Assembly (NCBI GenBank): GCA_963812155.1 | Contig: CAWETW010000002.1 | Location: 224,001-288,000 of the forward strand | Source of the DNA: Vulcanimicrobiota bacterium | GTDB lineage: Bacteria > Vulcanimicrobiota > Vulcanimicrobiia > Vulcanimicrobiales > Vulcanimicrobiaceae | DNA length: 64,000 bases | Direction of reading: 5' to 3' | Translations under genes and position numbers: made by a program | Notes under the pieces: generated by a model | The model's database searches: none | What the model saw: the letters and a program-made list of their open reading frames with translations, nothing else | Told to the model about the DNA's origin: nothing | Part shown: in pieces, positions 60,232-64,000 of the stretch | Numbering within the stretch: the stretch's first letter is position 1 | Layout of the letters: every line of letters starts with the position of its first letter

Positions 60232-61755
60232 GTGAACGAACACCGCAGCGTGCGCATTCCGCTGATCGCAGCGGCGTTGACGCTCGTCGCGCACCTCGCC
60301 GGCAATCCTCACTACGGATTTTTCCGCGACGAACTGTACTTCATCATCTGCGGATTCCACCCGGCGTGGGGCTACGTCGATCAGCCGCCCGTCGCACCGC
60401 TCTTGGCGGCCGGCTCGCAACTCTTCGGACAGTCGCTCTTCCTCTTACGGGCGGTCCCCGCGATCTTCGCGGCTGCCGGCGTGTACGTCGCCTGCCGGCT
60501 CGTCATCGAGATGGGCGGAGGCGCGTTCGCGCAGATCGTCGCCGCGCTCGCGGTGTTTTTCGCCAACGTGCTGATGTCGTTCGGCATGAAAGTCGGGCCG
60601 GACATGGTGGGGCTGTGGCTGTGGCCGCTGACGGCCCTCTACGTGCTGCGCATCGCCAAGGGCGCCGACCCGCGCTGGTGGCTGGCCGCGGGTGCGGCGC
60701 TGGGCGTGAGTCTCGAAAGCAAGTACAGCGCGGCATTCTTCGGCTTCGCGCTCGTCACCGGATTGCTGATTTCGCCGCAGCGGCGAATTCTTGCATCGCG
60801 CTGGTTCGTGGCAGGCGCGGCGGTTGCCGCGCTGATTGCGCTGCCGAACTTCCTGTGGCAGGCGCACTACGGTTTTCCGATGCTCGAACTGCTCCGCAAC
60901 GGACAGAACGGAAAGAACGTCGTCGCGGGACCCGTGCTCTATCTCGTGCAGCAGCTTCTGCTGACGAATCTGTTTCTTTCGCCGGTTTGGATCGTGGGGC
61001 TCGTCGCGCTGCTGGTACGGCCGGCGCCCGCGCGGTTTCTCGGATGGACCTACGTGGCGCTCATCGCGCTGATGATTCTCATGCACGGCAAGCACTATTA
61101 TCCCGGCGACGTGTATCCGATCGTCATCGCGGCCGGCGCCGTGGAGATTGCGGCATGGATTGGGCGCAGGCCGGCGCTGCAGGTTGCGCTTGCGGCCGTC
61201 ATGGTGGCGGCCGGACTCTTTTTCTTACCGTTTTCTTTGCCCGTGCTCTCGGAAGATTCGATGATGGCCTACGGTGGATTGGTCGGACGCGTGCTGCACG
61301 TGAACAAGTCGACGATGGCGACCGAACGCCATCAAAATGCCGATCTTCCCACCGACTGGGCCGACATGCACGGCTGGCCGGAACTCACCGCAACGGTGGC
61401 GCGGGTTTACGCCGCGCTGCCGCCCGGTCAACGCGGGCGCGCGGCCATCGTCGCGAGCAACTACGGCGAGGCGGCGGCGATCGATTTCTTCGGCAAGGCG
61501 TACGGCCTGCCGCCGGCGCTTTCGGGCCACAACAACTATTGGCTCTGGGGACCGCGCGGCTATACCGGCGACGTCGTCATCGACGTCAACGGCGACTGCG
61601 GCGCATCGGCGTATCTCTATCGCAGCGCGCGGCTCGCCGCGCGCTCCAATCCACCGTGGGTCATCTCCTACGAGCGCGACATTCCGATCATGGTTTGCAC
61701 GCGGCCGCAGAGCGATCTCCGCACGATCTGGCCCTCCCTCAAGAACTATATTTAA
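60232..61755 (+). CDS. GT39/ArnT-like (PMT_2) glycosyltransferase
   Basis: YGFFRDELY, WGYVDQPP, KYS, PNFLWQ, NYGEAAA. Confidence 0.88.
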   Translation: MNEHRSVRIPLIAAALTLVAHLAGNPHYGFFRDELYFIICGFHPAWGYVDQPPVAPLLAAGSQLFGQSLFLLRAVPAIFAAAGVYVACRLVIEMGGGAFAQIVAALAVFFANVLMSFGMKVGPDMVGLWLWPLTALYVLRIAKGADPRWWLAAGAALGVSLESKYSAAFFGFALVTGLLISPQRRILASRWFVAGAAVAALIALPNFLWQAHYGFPMLELLRNGQNGKNVVAGPVLYLVQQLLLTNLFLSPVWIVGLVALLVRPAPARFLGWTYVALIALMILMHGKHYYPGDVYPIVIAAGAVEIAAWIGRRPALQVALAAVMVAAGLFFLPFSLPVLSEDSMMAYGGLVGRVLHVNKSTMATERHQNADLPTDWADMHGWPELTATVARVYAALPPGQRGRAAIVASNYGEAAAIDFFGKAYGLPPALSGHNNYWLWGPRGYTGDVVIDVNGDCGASAYLYRSARLAARSNPPWVISYERDIPIMVCTRPQSDLRTIWPSLKNYI

Positions 61756-61756
61756 A

Positions 61757-61856
61757 GGAAGCTCTGATTTTTTCCAAATCTAGGAACCGAGGGCCGACGT
61801 TTGCTACGGCAAATGAGGCCCGAGGTGACAACGAGTTGGGAAATATCAGAGCTTCC
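61757..61856. mobile_element. 100-bp MITE-like element with 24-bp terminal inverted repeats
   Basis: GGAAGCTCTGATTTTTTCCAAATC vs reverse complement GGAAGCTCTGATATTTCCCAACTC (21/24); internal hairpin. Confidence 0.65.
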
Positions 61857-63200
61857 CTAGTGGTCGTCGGGCGGCCGCAAGTCATCGCGCCGGTTCAGGA
61901 AGAACGCCGCCTTTTGCGGTGCGTCAATCGGCGCGAACGCGCGCGGCGGGTTCGCAAAGTCGAAGCAGTCCAGTGCCGGCGAGTTGGCGCGCGCATCGCT
62001 GGCCGCCAAGCGTCCCAAACCGAAAGCGTCTTCCGCGAACTTCAAAATGCTGCCGTGCTCGTAGCGAACGTGCGAAACGTAGCCGTGCTTTGCGTAAGGA
62101 GAAATCACGAGCAGCGGCACGCGAAAGCCGAGGCCGTCGTCGTCGACGTGCGGGGGCGTCACGTGATCGTAGAGCCCGCCCCAATCGTCCCACATGACGA
62201 AAATTGCGGTCGAACTCCAGAACCTCGACTCGCCGACGGCGTTCACCACGGCAGTCACCCACGACGGGCCGTAACCGCCGCCGCAGTTGGGATGATCCGA
62301 CGCTTCGCACGTGGGCGTGATCCACGTGACGTTCGCAAGCGTTCCGGCGGCGACGTCTTTGAGGAAGCGCTTCTGCGGCGTGACGACGTTCTTCCAATCC
62401 GGACCGTAGCGAATGTGCCGAACGGCCTGATACCCCGACCAAACGCCGTCGGCCGGATCGTCGATGCGGCTGCTGTAGAACCGCCAGGTGCGGCCGGCCG
62501 CATCGAGCTCGTCGCCCAACGTTTGGTAGTCGAAGCAGGGATGCTGAGGATTGCCGAACGCGCGATCCTTCTTCAGGGTTTCGACGAAGTTGTGCTTGTT
62601 TCCGCATCCCCAGTCGGGCAAGAACGGGATGTCGACGCTCGATTGCGCCTGCGCCGCGATGATGTATTGATGCGAGACGAAACTTTCGTCGAGATGCGAT
62701 TGGTGCATGTCGTCGGCGAGCACCCATTCGTTCGCCATGTCGAAATACGGCTTACTTTCGCGGTGCGGGACGTAGACGTACTCGCCGTCACGCGGACCGC
62801 CGAGCTGCCGTTCGCGATCGAATCCGTCCATGCGGCACTGCGTTCCCGGTACTTTGCCGGCTCCGTCGCACGCCGCGAACATGGCTGCGGCCGAATGATC
62901 GATGTCGTACTGCGTCTTCAAACTCATCGGCCGCAGCGCAATGGATTTTCCGGTCGAGCTCTTTCCGGTGGCGACCGTGTTGGCGCCCGGATAGCCTTGA
63001 AAGAGATTGTCGAAGCTCCGGTTCTCCTGCACGACGATGACGACGTGCGCAATTTTGTCTACCGGCCGCCCGTTGCGGGCAACTGCCGGTTCGACGCCGC
63101 TTCCGGTCGCTGCACGCGGGCCGTACGCGCACGCCGCCAGCGCGAGCGCCGCGAACGCGGCGACCGCTCGGAAGCGACGGCGGTAAAAAACCGGCGGCAT
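61857..63200 (-). CDS. Phosphoesterase / phospholipase C family lipoprotein
   Basis: [39 protein letters not shown]; lipobox LAAC. Confidence 0.9.
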   Translation of the reverse strand: MPPVFYRRRFRAVAAFAALALAACAYGPRAATGSGVEPAVARNGRPVDKIAHVVIVVQENRSFDNLFQGYPGANTVATGKSSTGKSIALRPMSLKTQYDIDHSAAAMFAACDGAGKVPGTQCRMDGFDRERQLGGPRDGEYVYVPHRESKPYFDMANEWVLADDMHQSHLDESFVSHQYIIAAQAQSSVDIPFLPDWGCGNKHNFVETLKKDRAFGNPQHPCFDYQTLGDELDAAGRTWRFYSSRIDDPADGVWSGYQAVRHIRYGPDWKNVVTPQKRFLKDVAAGTLANVTWITPTCEASDHPNCGGGYGPSWVTAVVNAVGESRFWSSTAIFVMWDDWGGLYDHVTPPHVDDDGLGFRVPLLVISPYAKHGYVSHVRYEHGSILKFAEDAFGLGRLAASDARANSPALDCFDFANPPRAFAPIDAPQKAAFFLNRRDDLRPPDDH

Positions 63201-63214
63201 GGCGCGCTCTGATT

Positions 63215-64000
63215 TTATTCCGGCAGTCCCAGCGCCTGCAGCAGTCGCGGATAGACGAGGCCGGTGCGCGCGAGCGGATTTTGCGGATCCACGATGTCGT
63301 GGTTGATTGGGAGCCCGCGCAACTCGATGTAGTCGACGCCGCCGGGAATCCAGCCTTGCCACTCGCGCACGATCGCTTCGGTCACCTCGTTGTTCACCGC
63401 CGGATCGCTGTGGTTGACTACCGTCACGATGCGTCCGGCGCGCGGTGCTTGCCGGCGCGCCGCCGCGTAGACGTCGTCGCCAACCGCGAGCGTCTGCGCG
63501 AGCGCTCGCGTCGAGTACCGCGGGTACGCCGTGACCGGGCGATGGTGCTCGCGGTCGCGTGGGTCCCACCACAGGAAAAAGTTCGGCAGCGTCGCGAGCA
63601 CGCGAGCCGCGAGTTTGCTTGCCGGATACGGCAGCTCGAGCAGCGCGAAGCTTGGAGCGACCGGCACCGCGAGATCGACCGCGCGGAACGCAGCCGCATG
63701 GGCGGCGAGTACGCCGCCCATCGAGATGCCGAGAACCGCGACGCGTTCGCCTAACCCCGCGGCGGCGTCGAGCGCGCCGGCAACCGCGTGCAGCAACGCC
63801 GTCGCCTTCAGTTCGGCGATCGACGCCGTCATCCGGTCGCGAGCGCCGTGTTCGGGCATGCGCGGAACGAAGACGTTTGCGCCGCGCGCGAAAATCAGCG
63901 GAGCGAGTTCTGCGTATTGCGCGGGATTGTTCGTAAATCCGTGCAGCGGCACGACGGCAAGCGGCACGCGCCGTCCGTGTTCCAACAGCAGGGTCTTTGC
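63215..64000 (-). CDS. Alpha/beta hydrolase (esterase), 5' end outside the window
   Basis: LHGFTN, GISMGG, DPAV, NHD; frame open to the window edge. Confidence 0.85.
   Translation of the reverse strand, partial: AKTLLLEHGRRVPLAVVPLHGFTNNPAQYAELAPLIFARGANVFVPRMPEHGARDRMTASIAELKATALLHAVAGALDAAAGLGERVAVLGISMGGVLAAHAAAFRAVDLAVPVAPSFALLELPYPASKLAARVLATLPNFFLWWDPRDREHHRPVTAYPRYSTRALAQTLAVGDDVYAAARRQAPRAGRIVTVVNHSDPAVNNEVTEAIVREWQGWIPGGVDYIELRGLPINHDIVDPQNPLARTGLVYPRLLQALGLPE

Noticed and set aside
60366..63212. Long alternative-frame or antisense ORFs (948 aa here; also 40046-42166, 31284-33023, 48665-50350)
   Set aside because: Arg/Ala-rich shadow frames of real genes in high-GC DNA, with no motifs.

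Overview
A GC-rich bacterial window in two parts. The lineage is inferred, not shown: many TIGR03803-type, NHL and phosphoesterase lipoproteins plus an OprB porin suggest Eremiobacterota/Vulcanimicrobiota. (1) 1-21,256 is an accessory region abutting the 3' end of a minus-strand tRNA-Glu(TTC). It is rich in secreted proteins and lipoproteins and shows nested integration scars: a second copy of the tRNA 3' end, two tyrosine integrases (one N-truncated, one C-terminal remnant), paired arm-like repeats, a 203-bp diverged duplicate of an ABC-F 3' end, and a 22-bp duplicate of an epimerase segment, each bracketing cargo. (2) 21.4-64 kb is core chromosome: eno, ndk, birA, acpS, nnr, ligA, uvrA, uvrB, prs-rplY-pth, glmU, gltX, an isobutyryl-CoA-mutase-type meaB-icmA-icmB set, two GH125s around a compact serine hydrolase, tricorn protease, aceA-aceB and GT-C transferases. 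Other signals are a recurring non-sigma70 upstream motif (AGG/GGG-N15-17-nnGAA/CGTAA), a 100-bp inverted-repeat MITE-like hairpin and two metallopeptidases with degenerate active sites. Eight single-base frameshifts in seven genes, including essential gltX, indicate indel errors in the sequence, so single-base observations need read-level confirmation. No CRISPR array or rRNA was seen.
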